Assembly: GCA_963711835.1 (NCBI GenBank)
Contig: CAVQFQ010000021.1
Location: 294,632 to 358,631, forward strand
Direction of reading: 5' to 3'
Origin: an uncultured delta proteobacterium
GTDB lineage: Bacteria > Desulfobacterota > RBG-13-43-22
DNA length: 64,000 bases
Below the pieces are notes generated by a model. The model saw nothing but the letters and a program-made list of their open reading frames with translations. It ran no database searches and was not told the DNA's origin. This document shows positions 20,204 through 31,749 of this stretch, piece after piece. A program made the translations under genes and the position numbers. The number at the start of each line of letters is the position of its first letter. Position 1 is the first letter of the stretch.

Positions 20204-20986
20204 ATGGAGCGCTACGGATTGCCCGGGGAGGTCGGTTTCCGAACCGGAAAACGAGGGTTGATTAAAGGGCGTCCCACCCTGGTTCTGATTCATGGGGCCG
20301 GCGGCAGTGCCCAGATCTTTTTGCTCCAATTGCGGTTTTTGGACCGCAACCTCAATGTCCTGGCCCTGGAACTTCCAGGTCACGGCGGGTCCGACGGTCC
20401 CGGGAGACAAACTATCGCCGAATATGCCCAATGGGTTCACGAAACCCTGAACGGCCCTTATTTTGAGTCCTTTTTCCTGGGCGGCCACTCCATGGGCGGG
20501 GCTGTCAGCCTGGAAATGGGCTGGCGTTATCCCGAAAAAATCTCGGGGCTGATACTCATGGCTGCCGGGGCCAAGATGGAGGTTTCCCCTAATATCCTGA
20601 GGGGACTTGCAGAACACCCCCACGAAACTATCGTTAAAATCAACCAGTGGTGTTATCCCAAAGGCACCAACCCTCACATTGTCGAACTGGCCGCCCGGTT
20701 AATGGAGCAAACCCCGGCCCCCACTATCCTGAAGGATTTTGAGGCCTGCCATCGATTTAACCGCCTCGAAGAAATCCGGCAGATCCGCCGACCGACTCTC
20801 ATCCTGGTTGGGGATCAAGACGTCATGACCCCTCCGGATTATTCCCGTTACCTCTCTGAGCAGATACCTTCTTCATCATTAACCATAATTCCCGGGGCCG
20901 GGCATATGGTCATGCTGGATAAGCCCAAGGAAGTCAATCAGGCCGTTTGGGATTTTATCGCTGCCCAGTCTTCGACCGGCCGCTGA
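20204..20986 (+). CDS. Alpha/beta hydrolase
   Basis: LIHGAGG, LPGHGGS, GHSMGG nucleophile elbow, GDQDVMTP, AGHMVM. Confidence 0.92.
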   Translation: MERYGLPGEVGFRTGKRGLIKGRPTLVLIHGAGGSAQIFLLQLRFLDRNLNVLALELPGHGGSDGPGRQTIAEYAQWVHETLNGPYFESFFLGGHSMGGAVSLEMGWRYPEKISGLILMAAGAKMEVSPNILRGLAEHPHETIVKINQWCYPKGTNPHIVELAARLMEQTPAPTILKDFEACHRFNRLEEIRQIRRPTLILVGDQDVMTPPDYSRYLSEQIPSSSLTIIPGAGHMVMLDKPKEVNQAVWDFIAAQSSTGR

Positions 20987-21027
20987 AAAATAACGGATTG
21001 ACAAAAGGAAGGGGTTGGCGGGAAAGT

Positions 21028-22899
21028 TTAAATCTTTTCCAGACTGTTCCGTTTTACCTTCAGGCTCAGCTTGTCCCCGGGTCGGATGTGTTCCTTGGAG
21101 GACATCTTGTTCCAGGTGCGGATTTGATTCGGGGTCGTGTTGAATCGCTGGGCAATTTCAAAAAGGCTGTCCCCTCGCTTGACCGTGTAAAGAACCTGCT
21201 TAATCGGACTGCCGCCCTCCGTCTTTGACTTGCGCTGGGGGCGGATCACCCTGCCCTGATCGGAATGGCCGTTCTTTTCCTGCGGGGATTTGTCCACAAA
21301 CAGGTTCAGGGTGGTCCCGGCCAGGATTTTATCCCCGCTTTTCGGATTCCATTTTTTTAACAAGGGGATCCCCACATCAAATCGCTTGGCTATGGCGGCT
21401 AAGGTGTCTCCCTTTTCCACCTTGTAGCGAATTCGGCTTAAGGCCCCCTCTTTGTCTTTTCCCTTGCCTGACCAGGCTGGAGAATATTTTTGGGCGGTCG
21501 TTTTTAAGGAAGCCCGGTTGGGGGACCCCTTTTCCGATCCCTTCGGGCGAAGATCTTCCTCATCGGCATCCATGGAAAATGCGGCCGGGTGAAATCCCTT
21601 CTGCGGGATCAATAAAACCAGCCCGGGTTTAAGCGAACGGTGGCCGTTGAGGCGGTTGGTCCGGGCGATTAGTCCGGCCTGCACCCCATAGCGTCGGGCA
21701 ATGGCAGCCAGGCGCTCCCCCTTCCTGACTTTGTGCTCGGCATAAGTAATGACGGGTTTGGGTTTGGTCAGCTCCGCATATTGCTCCATGACTCGATCTT
21801 TCGTGCCGATCGGGATCCGCAGGGAATAACTGGAAACCCCGGGCGGGGTGACCCAACGTTTCAATTCCGGATTCAGGTCGACCAGGGTCTCCACATCCAC
21901 CCCACAGGCAGCGGCCACGGCTTTCAGTTCCACAGCTCCGGGCAGGTCCACCTCTTCATAGGAAAAAGGGGCTTGATAAGGAATATTAGTAAAGCCGTAT
22001 TTTTGAGGCTCCTTGGCGATCAAAGCCGCGGCAATCATCTTGGGTACGTATTGTTTGGTTTCGTCTTTGACATAGTGACAATGATCGGCGCTGATCTCCC
22101 AAAAATTTTGGGCATTGTAAAGGGCCAAGGCCCGGGTGATTTTACCTTCACCGGCATTGTAGCCCGCTGCAGCCAGATACCACGACCCGAATCGATTGAA
22201 GAGGTCGGAGAGGTGCTTGGCAGCCGCCTGAGTGGATTTAATGGGATCCTTTCGTTCATCCACCCAGCTCGTGGTTTTTAACCCGTAGCGGTTGCCGGTC
22301 TCCCGGATGAATTGCCAGATTCCCACCGCGTGGGCCCTGGAATAAGCCTTGGAGCTGAAGCCGCTTTCGATCATGGCCAGATAAATCAGGTCTTCCGGCA
22401 AGCCGTGCTCGTTTAAGATCTTTTTCATCATCGGGATATAGCGCGTCGAACGGGCCATCCAGAGGGAAAATCGTTTTCTCATATTGGACTGGAAATAGTT
22501 GATGAAATATTCCACCTGCTCATTAATGACAATGGGTAGGTCATAGGATACGGCACTTCCCGGATGAAGGGCTTTTTCGAGCTCCTTATATTCCAGAATT
22601 ATTTTTTCCCGTATTTCTTCTTGTGAAGGTCTGACGATCGGGGGCAGGTCGTCCGCTTGTTCTTCCAAATCATCAAGGGTTCGCGGAAGCGCTTTGGCCT
22701 CCGTTTGAGGAACGGGCCATGACGGGCCGGGGGACGATGTTAGGGAAGATCCGGTCTGCAGGGAGGAAACCAGCGGACTGGTTTTTACGGCATCAGCCGA
22801 AGCGGTTAAAGCAGACGCCCCTTGAGAAAGGGACAGAATAAACAGGGTTACCCAAAAAAGGTGCAATCGGTACGGTCCGTACTGATTGTTTTTATGCAT
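21028..22899 (-). CDS. mltD: Lytic transglycosylase with LysM domains
   Basis: LAMIESGF, AVGIWQFI, AGYNAGEG, ETKQYVPK; three clear LysM repeats. Confidence 0.93.
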   Translation of the reverse strand: MHKNNQYGPYRLHLFWVTLFILSLSQGASALTASADAVKTSPLVSSLQTGSSLTSSPGPSWPVPQTEAKALPRTLDDLEEQADDLPPIVRPSQEEIREKIILEYKELEKALHPGSAVSYDLPIVINEQVEYFINYFQSNMRKRFSLWMARSTRYIPMMKKILNEHGLPEDLIYLAMIESGFSSKAYSRAHAVGIWQFIRETGNRYGLKTTSWVDERKDPIKSTQAAAKHLSDLFNRFGSWYLAAAGYNAGEGKITRALALYNAQNFWEISADHCHYVKDETKQYVPKMIAAALIAKEPQKYGFTNIPYQAPFSYEEVDLPGAVELKAVAAACGVDVETLVDLNPELKRWVTPPGVSSYSLRIPIGTKDRVMEQYAELTKPKPVITYAEHKVRKGERLAAIARRYGVQAGLIARTNRLNGHRSLKPGLVLLIPQKGFHPAAFSMDADEEDLRPKGSEKGSPNRASLKTTAQKYSPAWSGKGKDKEGALSRIRYKVEKGDTLAAIAKRFDVGIPLLKKWNPKSGDKILAGTTLNLFVDKSPQEKNGHSDQGRVIRPQRKSKTEGGSPIKQVLYTVKRGDSLFEIAQRFNTTPNQIRTWNKMSSKEHIRPGDKLSLKVKRNSLEKI

Positions 22900-23173
22900 T
22901 ATTGGATCCTTTCGCTGCGTTTCAATCTCCGGCCCTGCTTCCTTTCCGTTCAGCCGTCAAACCCAGTGGGATATAATACCCTGGCTTATTACCATATCCT
23001 CAATAAAAAAGCAATCTTAAAAAAAGGCTTTCTCTTTCCGGCATGAAGGGGGAGAAGGTCGATTTAATGAAAGGTCGGGATTTGACGGAATCGTAAAAAG
23101 TCAAGACATTCCGAAAACAGGGTCTGGGGGTCCGATTGGAACCGACTTATGGCGAAACCCTCAGGGTCGGGTT

Positions 23174-23491
23174 TTAAAATTTCACTCCGGCCACGAGATT
23201 TTCTTTTTTGAGGGCATCGAAATTTCTCAGATCTTTGATGGCCTGCCCGATCTTATTCAGGTGCTCCAAAAATTCCGCACCGGCTTCCGCCATCCCCGGC
23301 AGGGAAGCGATTCGCTGGGCTAATGATTCGCCCCGGGCCAGGAGGGTCTTGACGTTTTCCTCCGGCACCTCAATCCCTTTTTGAAGTTGTTCGGTCGTCT
23401 GCCTTAAGCTGTTCAATATTTCGATGATTTCATCCTTAAGTTCTATGGCTATGCTCTGTCCGCTTTTAGTGCCCTCGTTTTCAGACATCAA
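23174..23491 (-). CDS. Hypothetical helical protein
   Basis: 105-aa ORF with an AGGGAG ribosome-binding site; no recognised motif. Confidence 0.6.
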   Translation of the reverse strand: MMSENEGTKSGQSIAIELKDEIIEILNSLRQTTEQLQKGIEVPEENVKTLLARGESLAQRIASLPGMAEAGAEFLEHLNKIGQAIKDLRNFDALKKENLVAGVKF

Positions 23492-23697
23492 AATCTCCCT
23501 GACCTAAGAATGAATTAGGATAAACCGCCGGGTCGGCAAATGAACCGTGGTTGCCGAATTTATTTACTTTCCCAGGCTTTGTCAAGGATTTTTCAGCTCT
23601 ACGGAGAATAACTTGACGCCCTCACCCAAAGCGGATAAAAAGGCTTTATTGGAAGGATTGTTATCCTTTTAGCCGGGAGAGAGGATCAAGGGTAGCG

Positions 23698-24141
23698 GTG
23701 AAGGACCATCAGGTCAGGCTGAATGGAATAGGTCCCCCCCTCTGGATAGGGATCAAGAAGGGACTGAGGTCTTCCCTGGGGATTATTAAGGTGATGTTTC
23801 CCGTGACCCTGGCGGTAACGGTCTTAAAATGTACCCCGGTTTTAGGCTGGCTGGCGGAAGGGTTTCGTCCCTTCATGGGCCTCATGGGTTTGAGGGGAGA
23901 AACTGCCCTGCCCTATATCTTGGGATCGGTCCTTAACCTCTATGTTGCTATAGGGGCCATGATCCCGTTAGGCCTGACCTCCAGGGAGATCACCATCCTG
24001 GCCACGGTGCTCCTCATATCCCATAGCCTGTTGGTGGAAACCGCCGTAATCAAAGGCATCGGGGCCCCTTGGTTTGGGCTGCTTCTCATGAGAGTGGGGG
24101 CCGGTTTTTTTATGGGCCTGGTGCTTTCCTGGGTTTTATGA
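23698..24141 (+). CDS. Nucleoside-recognition (Gate) domain membrane protein
   Basis: PFMGLMGLRGE..NLYVAIG..ISHSLLVET. Confidence 0.75.
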   Translation: MKDHQVRLNGIGPPLWIGIKKGLRSSLGIIKVMFPVTLAVTVLKCTPVLGWLAEGFRPFMGLMGLRGETALPYILGSVLNLYVAIGAMIPLGLTSREITILATVLLISHSLLVETAVIKGIGAPWFGLLLMRVGAGFFMGLVLSWVL

Positions 24142-24593
24142 CCGCTTCCCTGATTCAGGTCGAATTCCTCAAGGCCCTCTATGCCTTTCTCAAGGTCTCG
24201 GCCATGATCCTCCTGATCGTAACCCCGATCATCACGATCATGGAACTCCTGCGCTCCTTCCATCTCCTGGACCCCTTAGTGACCCCGCTCCACCGTCTTT
24301 TCGCCTGGATGCGGATCCGGAAAGAATCGGTGGCGGCCTTGTTTGTCGGCATTATTTTCGGCATCGCTTACGGCGGCGGGGTGCTCCTGGAAGAAAAACG
24401 ATCCGGGGCTTTAAACCGGCGCGATGCCTTGCTGGTCGGGGTCTTCCTGAGTCTGAGCCATGCCTTGATCGAAGATACCTTTCTTTTCGTGGCCGTCGGG
24501 GCCGACCTCTTGGTGGTTCTTTTTTCCAGGATCCTCTTAACCATTCTGGTACTCCTGTCCCTGCGGCTCTTTCTGCCGCCCGAAAGGAAATGA
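24138..24593 (+). CDS. Nucleoside-recognition (Gate) domain membrane protein
   Basis: ATGA overlap with the previous gene; GIIFGIAYGGGVL..SHALIEDTFLF. Confidence 0.75.
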   Translation: MTASLIQVEFLKALYAFLKVSAMILLIVTPIITIMELLRSFHLLDPLVTPLHRLFAWMRIRKESVAALFVGIIFGIAYGGGVLLEEKRSGALNRRDALLVGVFLSLSHALIEDTFLFVAVGADLLVVLFSRILLTILVLLSLRLFLPPERK

Positions 24594-24742
24594 GGGAATG
24601 GATTTTTATTGAATTTTCTCGAAGCTTGCACTAAATAACAAAGGGGACAATAGTACTTTAGCGTATTTTTTTCCTTAATTCAGGGCTCCGGTAAAGAAAA
24701 GAATAGAGGCTGGAGGGCAGGACCATTCACTTAGGAGAGCTC

Positions 24743-26302
24743 TTGATCAAGGCCTTGAAGGCCTATCCGGACAAGGAAGCCATCCGCTGCCACCAGGCGG
24801 TTTTTACCTACCGCCAGTTTGCGGAAAGGGTCTTCCGCTTGGCCCATTTTTTCCTGGATCAGGGGTTGGGTCAGGCAAGCCAGGCCGCCATTTTACAATA
24901 CAATGGCCATGTCTTTTTAGAAGCCTATTTTGCAGCCGCCCTGACCGGGGTGCGGCTGGTGCCCCTGAATTGCCGGCTCTCTTCAAAAGAAATCCAGTTT
25001 ATCTTGGAAGATTCGGAATCCGAACTGGTCATTGCCCATCCCGATTTTTCCCCCAAATTGTTGCCGAGCGGGGAACAAGCCCCAGCCGTTGCCCGAATCC
25101 TTTGGACCCCGGCAACAGCTTCCAACGCCCCTCCGGGTCTGGAATATGAATCCGCCTTAGCCGCTTCTTCCTCGGCCCCGCTCCTGCCCCTGGGTCCGGG
25201 CGGCGAGGCCGTCGCCCAGATTTACTACACCAGCGGCACCACCGGCCGGCCCAAAGGGGTCATGCTGACGCATAAAAACTGTTATCTCCATGCCCTGGGG
25301 ACCATCGCCGAGCTGCATTTGCAGGACAGCGATGTTTGGATCCACGTGGCCCCTCTTTTCCACCTGGCCGATGCCTGGGCCACCTGGGCCGTCACCTGGG
25401 TGGGCGGCACCCATGTACTCATCCGGGATTTTGATCCGAAATGGGTGCTCGAAACCATGGTCAGGGAGCGGGTGACCCTCTCCAATATGATCCCGACCAT
25501 GCTCAATATGCTCATTAATCATCCTGATTTTTCGTCCTACGCCTTTCCGGATCTCCGGGTGCTGTTAAGCGGCGGGGCCCCCATTGCCCCGGAAGTGGTC
25601 CGAAAGATCATGCAGGGGTTTGGGTGTGATTATATCCAGACCTACGGGATGACCGAAACAAGTCCCTACCTGACCCTCTCCCTGCTCAAGGATTCCTTAA
25701 AACAATTGCCTCCGGAAAAGCAATTTGAATTCAAAGCCAAAACCGGCCGGGAATTCATCGGCGTCTCCCTGAAGGTGGTCCGGGAGAATGGAGAGGAAGT
25801 CCGACCCGACGACCAGGAGGTGGGGGAAATCATTGTCAAAGGGGATACGGTCACTCCGGGGTATTGGAAATTGCCCCAGGAAACCCAAAAAGCCTTCCGG
25901 GAAGGATGGCTTTTCACCGGCGATTTGGCTGTCATCGACCCCCAAGGGTATGTTACCATTGTGGACCGCAAAAAGGATATGATCCTGACCGGTGGGGAAA
26001 ACGTCTATTCCACTGAAGTGGAAAATGTCCTTTATCAGCACCCCAACATCTTGGAGGCCGCCGTTTTCGGGATCCCGGATGAAAAATGGGGTGAGGCCGT
26101 CCAGGCCGCCGTGGTGCTGAAAGAAGGAGCCAAGACTTCGGCTGAGGAAATCATTCGCTTCTGCAAGGACAACCTGGCCCATTACAAGGCGCCCAAGGCC
26201 GTCACCTTTCTCGGCCAATTGCCCCGCACGGGTTCAGGAAAGATATTCAAAAAAGGGCTTCGGGATCCCTTCTGGCCGGATCAGGGGAAAAAGGTTCATT
26301 AA
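24743..26302 (+). CDS. Acyl-CoA synthetase (long-chain fatty acid-CoA ligase family)
   Basis: YTSGTTGRPKG, YGMTET, GWLFTGD, DRKKDMILTGGENV, LPRTGSGKI. Confidence 0.95.
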   Translation: MIKALKAYPDKEAIRCHQAVFTYRQFAERVFRLAHFFLDQGLGQASQAAILQYNGHVFLEAYFAAALTGVRLVPLNCRLSSKEIQFILEDSESELVIAHPDFSPKLLPSGEQAPAVARILWTPATASNAPPGLEYESALAASSSAPLLPLGPGGEAVAQIYYTSGTTGRPKGVMLTHKNCYLHALGTIAELHLQDSDVWIHVAPLFHLADAWATWAVTWVGGTHVLIRDFDPKWVLETMVRERVTLSNMIPTMLNMLINHPDFSSYAFPDLRVLLSGGAPIAPEVVRKIMQGFGCDYIQTYGMTETSPYLTLSLLKDSLKQLPPEKQFEFKAKTGREFIGVSLKVVRENGEEVRPDDQEVGEIIVKGDTVTPGYWKLPQETQKAFREGWLFTGDLAVIDPQGYVTIVDRKKDMILTGGENVYSTEVENVLYQHPNILEAAVFGIPDEKWGEAVQAAVVLKEGAKTSAEEIIRFCKDNLAHYKAPKAVTFLGQLPRTGSGKIFKKGLRDPFWPDQGKKVH

Positions 26303-26436
26303 ATTTAGGGCGGAAGGTTCAAGGCATACGGCCCAAGGTATAGGGTAACTCAAAAAGATAGGTAAGGGTGGAAAATAGGTGATCCTTGAACCTTGTACCC
26401 TGAACCGTGTACCAATAAATAGATGAGGAGGTAAGC

Positions 26437-27432
26437 ATGGACAAGAGATCAGAAGGTTTCATGAATCGGCGGGATTTTCTAAAGGTAACCGGAGCGCTGG
26501 GGATAGGAAGTTTGGTGTTGTCCCCCGGTCTGGTGACGGCCCAGACCAAAACCCGCCTTTCCATCGCCACCGGCGGGACGGGAGGGGTCTATTATCCCTA
26601 TGGAGGCGGCATGGCGGCCGTCTTATCCAAGCATTTGCCGGGGGTTGAAGCTACCGCTGAGGTCACCCCCGCTTCGGTGGATAACTGCAAGCTGGTAGCC
26701 GCCCAGAAAGCCGAACTGGCTTTTGTCATGGGAGACGTAGCCCATGATGCCTTTACCGGAACCGGAAAATTCAAGGAAAAACTACCGATTCGGAACCTGG
26801 CAGTCCTTTACTCCAATTTTATGCACGTGGTTACCCTGGATGGAAAAGGGATCAATACCGTGGCCGATCTAAAAGGGAAAAAGATTTCCACCGGCGCCCC
26901 GGGCTCGGGGACCGAGGTCAAGGCCCTGCGGGTCCTGGAGGCCTACGGCATCAATCCGGAGAAGGATATCACCCGGGACCGACTGGGGGCCAGCGAGTCG
27001 GCCGGCGCCTTGAAGGATCGCAAAATCGATGCCTACTTTTGGGACGGCGGCTTGCCGACTGCCTCTGTTCTGGATCTGGCGGCGACTCCGGGAATTAAGA
27101 TGAAACTGATCGGCCATGATGACGGGCGTTGCCAGGATGATAGCCAAATACGGTCCGGTCTATTTTAAGGGCAAGATTCCCAAGAATACCTATCCCGGGT
27201 TACCGTGGATACCCCGGTTGCTGCCGTGGCCAATCTCCTGATCTGCAATGAAAAGATGGATCCCACCCTGGCCTACAACATCCTCAAAACCTTTTTTGCC
27301 AACAAACCGGAACTCGTGGCCGTTCACCAGGAGGCCAAAAACCTCACCCTGGAGGATGCCGTGGATGGTTCTTCCATCCCCTTCCATCCCGGGGCGGTTA
27401 AGTTTTTTAAAGAAAAAGGGATGAAGATCTAA
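26437..27432 (+). CDS. TAXI-TRAP solute receptor with Tat signal; indels near 27125-27200
   Basis: NRRDFLK, IATGGTGGVYYPYGG, GAPGSGT, IPFHPGAVKFFKE. Confidence 0.9.
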
Positions 27433-27443
27433 GGGTATTTCTT

Positions 27444-27902
27444 TTGATAAAAGGGAAGGGGTCAAATAAGAGACTTTGGTTGGTTCTGGGAATCTGGTTC
27501 CTCCTGGCCCCTTCCCCGGCCCTGGCGGACCCTTATCTTGCGATTTTTAGATTGCCGTCCCAGGAGCCCCTTTGGCAGGGAAAAATTGCCCCCGGAGAAT
27601 CGTTTTCTCTGGTTCACCGGAACTCCATCTATGGGGTCCTGGTTTGGGAGGTCTTCCAGGCCGATGACCAGGGGGTTATCTGGCTGAAAGCCTTAAAAAC
27701 AGAAAGTCCGGCGGTCCTGGAGTATTACGGTCTGGAAGCCTCCACCTCCGACTGGATCCTGCTTACTCGAATGCTTGGGACCATCTTCATCCTCCCGACT
27801 TCGGCCGGTAACTTCCGGCTTAGTTTTAATCAGGAAACGGTTGCTCTTTCCCAATTAGCCCCGGAGGGAACGCCGCTCGAGATTCGGATTGTCCAGAAAT
27901 AA
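27444..27902 (+). CDS. TAXI-TRAP accessory protein (DUF1850-like)
   Basis: Lies between receptor and permease; FSLVHRNSIYGVLVWEVF. Confidence 0.65.
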   Translation: MIKGKGSNKRLWLVLGIWFLLAPSPALADPYLAIFRLPSQEPLWQGKIAPGESFSLVHRNSIYGVLVWEVFQADDQGVIWLKALKTESPAVLEYYGLEASTSDWILLTRMLGTIFILPTSAGNFRLSFNQETVALSQLAPEGTPLEIRIVQK

Positions 27903-27937
27903 TAAGAATTACGAGTCAGGCGAATATAGGAGATGCC

Positions 27938-29905
27938 ATGGAGGATGAAACCAACCGGAACCAGGAGCAACAAGGCCCGGTTATCAGCGAAGAAAGGCTC
28001 AAGGAAGCGGAGAAATACATTGAAGAAGAGGAAGGGGTAACCCGCCGGCTTTCAGGATCTCTGGATATCTTCATCACGGTTGTTGCCGTGATCATGTCGC
28101 TCTACCATCTGTACGCAGCCGTCGGCACCGTAACGACCCAAATTCTCCGCGGTGTCCATGTGGCCTTTGTCCTTTTCTTGGGTTTTTTAGTTTTCCCCCC
28201 CCTGAAAAAAGTTAAACATCGGATTGGTTGGTATGATGTGGGCCTGGCCTTGCTGGGTGTTTCCACCATCGTCTATATGCTGGTTGATTTTGAGGAGTTT
28301 ATCTACCGGGCCGTGACTCCTACCACCTGGGATATTCTCTTCGGAGTCCTTTTCATCCTGCTCATTTTAGAGGTAGCCCGGCGGGCCACGGGCTGGGTCA
28401 TGCCCATTATCTGCATCCTTTTCTTGATCTATGCCTATTTTGGTCCATCCCTGCCCCCTCCCTGGACGCATCGAGGCTACGATGTGGAACGGATCGTCGG
28501 CCATATGTACATGACCCTGGAAGGGATTTTCGGGGTACCGATTGACGTATCCTCCACTTTCATTATCCTGTTTACTATTTACGGAGCGTTTCTGGAACAT
28601 TCCGGGGCCGGAAAATTTTTTATCGACTTTTCCTTTGCAGCCATGGGCGGCAAGCCCACCGGAGCCGGAAGGACCGTCACCCTGGCCTCTTTCCTTCTGG
28701 GCGGTCCGTCCGGCAGCGGGGTGGCCACCACCGTTACCCTGGGCTCGGTGGCCTATCCGATGCTGGCCAAGGCCGGCTATGACAAGGAATCGGCCGGCGG
28801 TCTGCTCTCGGCCGGAGGCATCGGGGCCATTATATCCCCGCCGGTTTTGGGCGCCGCGGCTTTTTTGATCGCCGAGATCCTGAAAATATCCTATCTGGAT
28901 GTGATCCGCATGGCCGTCATGCCCACCCTGCTCTATTACCTTTCCATTTTTCTGATGGTGGAATTTGACGCCAAAAAATTCGGGGCTCAAGAAAGTCGCC
29001 TTCGATGAATCATTCAGTCTGGGGCGGCTGACCCGAATGTACTGGTATCACTTTACCTCCCTGATAGCCATTGTGCTCCTGATGATGGTCGGTTTTACCC
29101 CGATCCTGAGCGTCTTTTATGCCACACGTGATCGCTGTTGCGGTCAGCTTCTTCCGATCCGAAACGGCCCTGAAACCCAAAAAACTGATCATGGCCCTGC
29201 GGGGCGGGTCCATCGGGGTCTTAGGAGTGGCGGCTACCTGTGCCAGCGCCGGTATTATTGTGGGAGTAGTCACCCTGACCGGACTGGGCCTTAAGTTCAG
29301 TTCCATCGTCATTGATTATGCCGGAGGAAATCTTTTCCTGACCTGCGTTTTCACCGGCGTCCTGATGTGGATTATCGGGCTGGCTGTCCCGGTAACGGCC
29401 TCCTATATCATCGGAGCCGTCATCGCCGCTCCGGCCCTGATTATGCTTAAAGTACCGGATTATGCGGCCCACATGTTTATCTTTTACTATGCCGTTCTTT
29501 CTGAAGTTTCTCCCCCTACAGCCCTTTCCCCTTTTGCCGCAGCGGCCCTGACCGGCGGCAATCCCTACAAAACCACCATGATGGCCTGGAAATATACCCT
29601 GCCGGCCTTTATTGTGCCTTTTATGTTTACCCTCCATCCCGACGGGGTGGGCTTGCTTCTGGTCGGTTCCTGGCCTAACATACTCTGGAGCGCCTTTACG
29701 GCCATGATCGGGATCGCAGCCCTGGCCGGCGGGGTGGATGCCTGGTTTTTGAAAAGGGCCTCTCTTTTGGAACGAATACTGTTGATCGTAGGCCGGGCTG
29801 ATGCTGGTCTATTCCTCCTGGGTCTTCGATACCCTGGGCTTATGTTTGGTGGTCCTGGTTATTATTCTTCAAAAAGTAAGACCGGAAACCAATCCTTCGC
29901 CTTAA
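27938..29905 (+). CDS. TRAP fused 4TM/12TM permease; frameshifts near 29000, 29125 and 29795
   Basis: EGIFGVPIDVSSTFI, GPSGSGVATTV, SPPVLGAAAF, AHMFIFYYAVLSEVSPP. Confidence 0.9.
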
Positions 29906-29968
29906 TAATCGCACATTGACCGTGCCCTCCAATGTATTAGGGGTGTTTGAAAGTTAAGGATTGGGCCA

Positions 29969-31582
29969 ATGGCTGCCCCTGATCTGGATTTTCATAGTCA
30001 AACAGGAAAAGAGAATCACATGACCTCCAACCCGGTTAATCAAGCCCTGGAGAGCACAGCCGAAAAATCGGAAAAAGAGGCCTCGGAAGAAAAACGGACC
30101 CTGGAGGCCTTGCGGGAAATCGAAAAAAATTTCAGGACCCTGATGGATCAATCCCCCAATATGATCTTTATCAACCAAATGGGACGGGTTGTTTATGCCA
30201 ACCATAAATGCGAAGAATTAATGGGCTATACCCAGGAAGAATTTCTATCCCCCTCTTTTGATTTCCTGGCGCTCATCGCCCCGGAATCGATCCCCTCCAT
30301 TCGGTCCGGTTTTGAAAAACACAAAAGAGGGGAGGAGGTCGAGCCCTATGAATATAGTCTGCTCAGCAAGGCCGGGGATCGGATTGAAGCCATTATCACC
30401 ACCAAGTTAATTGATTTTCAAGGAAATCGGGCCATCCTGGGGATTGTCACCGATATCAGCGAGCGGAAGCAGATCGAGGAAGCCCTACGTGAAAGCAAGG
30501 AGCGCTATCGTTTGCTCTCGGAAAACTCCTGGGATATTGTCAGCCTCCACGATACCCAAATGCGGGTTTCTTATGTCTCCCCTTCGATCACCCGGCTTCT
30601 CGGCTACCCGGTGGAGGAGGTCCTGGGGAAGCCGGCCCTGGAGTTCATCCACCCGGAGGAGCATGCGGAAACAATCAGGAGGTTACAACAAGTCATCGAG
30701 GGCAGCCCGTTTACCTCCCTGGAAAATCGGATTCGCCGGAGAGACGGAACCTATATCTGGTTTGAAACGCTCACCACCCCTCTTCGGGATGCCCAGGGCG
30801 TCATTAAAACCTTTCAGGCCACTTCGCGCGACATCACCGAACGCAAGAGAATAGAAAAGGCCTTAAAGGAATCGGAAGAAAAACTGGATTTTTTATCCAA
30901 CCAGCTCATTAATGCCCAGGAACAGGAGCGAAACCGGGTGGCCATGGAATTGCACGATGAGCTGGGCCAGGCCCTGGTAGGGTTGAAATTCCAATTGAGC
31001 AATCTGCAGAAAAGACTGCGTAAGGATCAACGGGGGCTTAAGGAAGAGTTGGAACAGACCCTTCACTATTTGGATCAGGTTACCGAAAATGTGCGCCGCT
31101 TGTCCCGGGATTTGCGTCCCACCATATTGGAGCACTTTGGGATCGCGGCGGCCCTGCGCTGGCTGGTGGAGGAGTTTTCAAAATACTACCGGATTGAAAT
31201 CTCCAATCGAATAAAGGACCTCCCCGGCTTATTTTCCAAGGAGCAGGAAATCATTATCTACCGGATCGTGCAGGAGGCCCTGACCAATATCGGAAAGCAT
31301 GCCCGGGCCGGGTCCATCATCGTTGAAGCCAGGGAAGAGGCCGGCCGGATCCTTTTCATTGTGGAAGACGACGGTTGTGGATTTGACTTGCAGGAAATCA
31401 CAGCCCGGGAGGCTTCCAAAAGGGGGCTGGGGCTGGCGGCCATGGACCAACGCGCCCGAATGGCCGGGGGGACGCTGCAAATCCGGAGCCGCCAAGGTGC
31501 CGGAACCCGGATCACCTTTGCCCTCCCCATAGGAAAAGGCGGGGAGACCCCAGGGTCTTCAGTACAAGACGATTCCCCCTAA
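29969..31582 (+). CDS. Cytoplasmic PAS-PAS sensor histidine kinase (HisKA_3 type); alternative start at 30020
   Basis: QEQERNRVAMELHDELGQ, YRIVQEALTNIGKH, DDGCGF, GLGLAAM. Confidence 0.93.
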   Translation: MAAPDLDFHSQTGKENHMTSNPVNQALESTAEKSEKEASEEKRTLEALREIEKNFRTLMDQSPNMIFINQMGRVVYANHKCEELMGYTQEEFLSPSFDFLALIAPESIPSIRSGFEKHKRGEEVEPYEYSLLSKAGDRIEAIITTKLIDFQGNRAILGIVTDISERKQIEEALRESKERYRLLSENSWDIVSLHDTQMRVSYVSPSITRLLGYPVEEVLGKPALEFIHPEEHAETIRRLQQVIEGSPFTSLENRIRRRDGTYIWFETLTTPLRDAQGVIKTFQATSRDITERKRIEKALKESEEKLDFLSNQLINAQEQERNRVAMELHDELGQALVGLKFQLSNLQKRLRKDQRGLKEELEQTLHYLDQVTENVRRLSRDLRPTILEHFGIAAALRWLVEEFSKYYRIEISNRIKDLPGLFSKEQEIIIYRIVQEALTNIGKHARAGSIIVEAREEAGRILFIVEDDGCGFDLQEITAREASKRGLGLAAMDQRARMAGGTLQIRSRQGAGTRITFALPIGKGGETPGSSVQDDSP

Positions 31583-31749
31583 ACCTCGGAACTCTTTCCA
31601 TCGCCCTTTTAACTGCTTGACCTTTTGCGCCATAGTTTATTATATTTTCTTTATAAGTCGGGAAATTCACCTTTCTCAAAAACCGCGTCCGGCAGGAAAG
31701 CCCGACGATTCCCTTTCCCCAACCGGGTGAAAAAATAAGGAGGTCCTTT

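Noticed and set aside
29969-31582. Orphan histidine kinase as a novel signalling system
   Set aside because: Orphan PAS-HisKA_3 kinases are common in this group, and nothing else about it is unusual.
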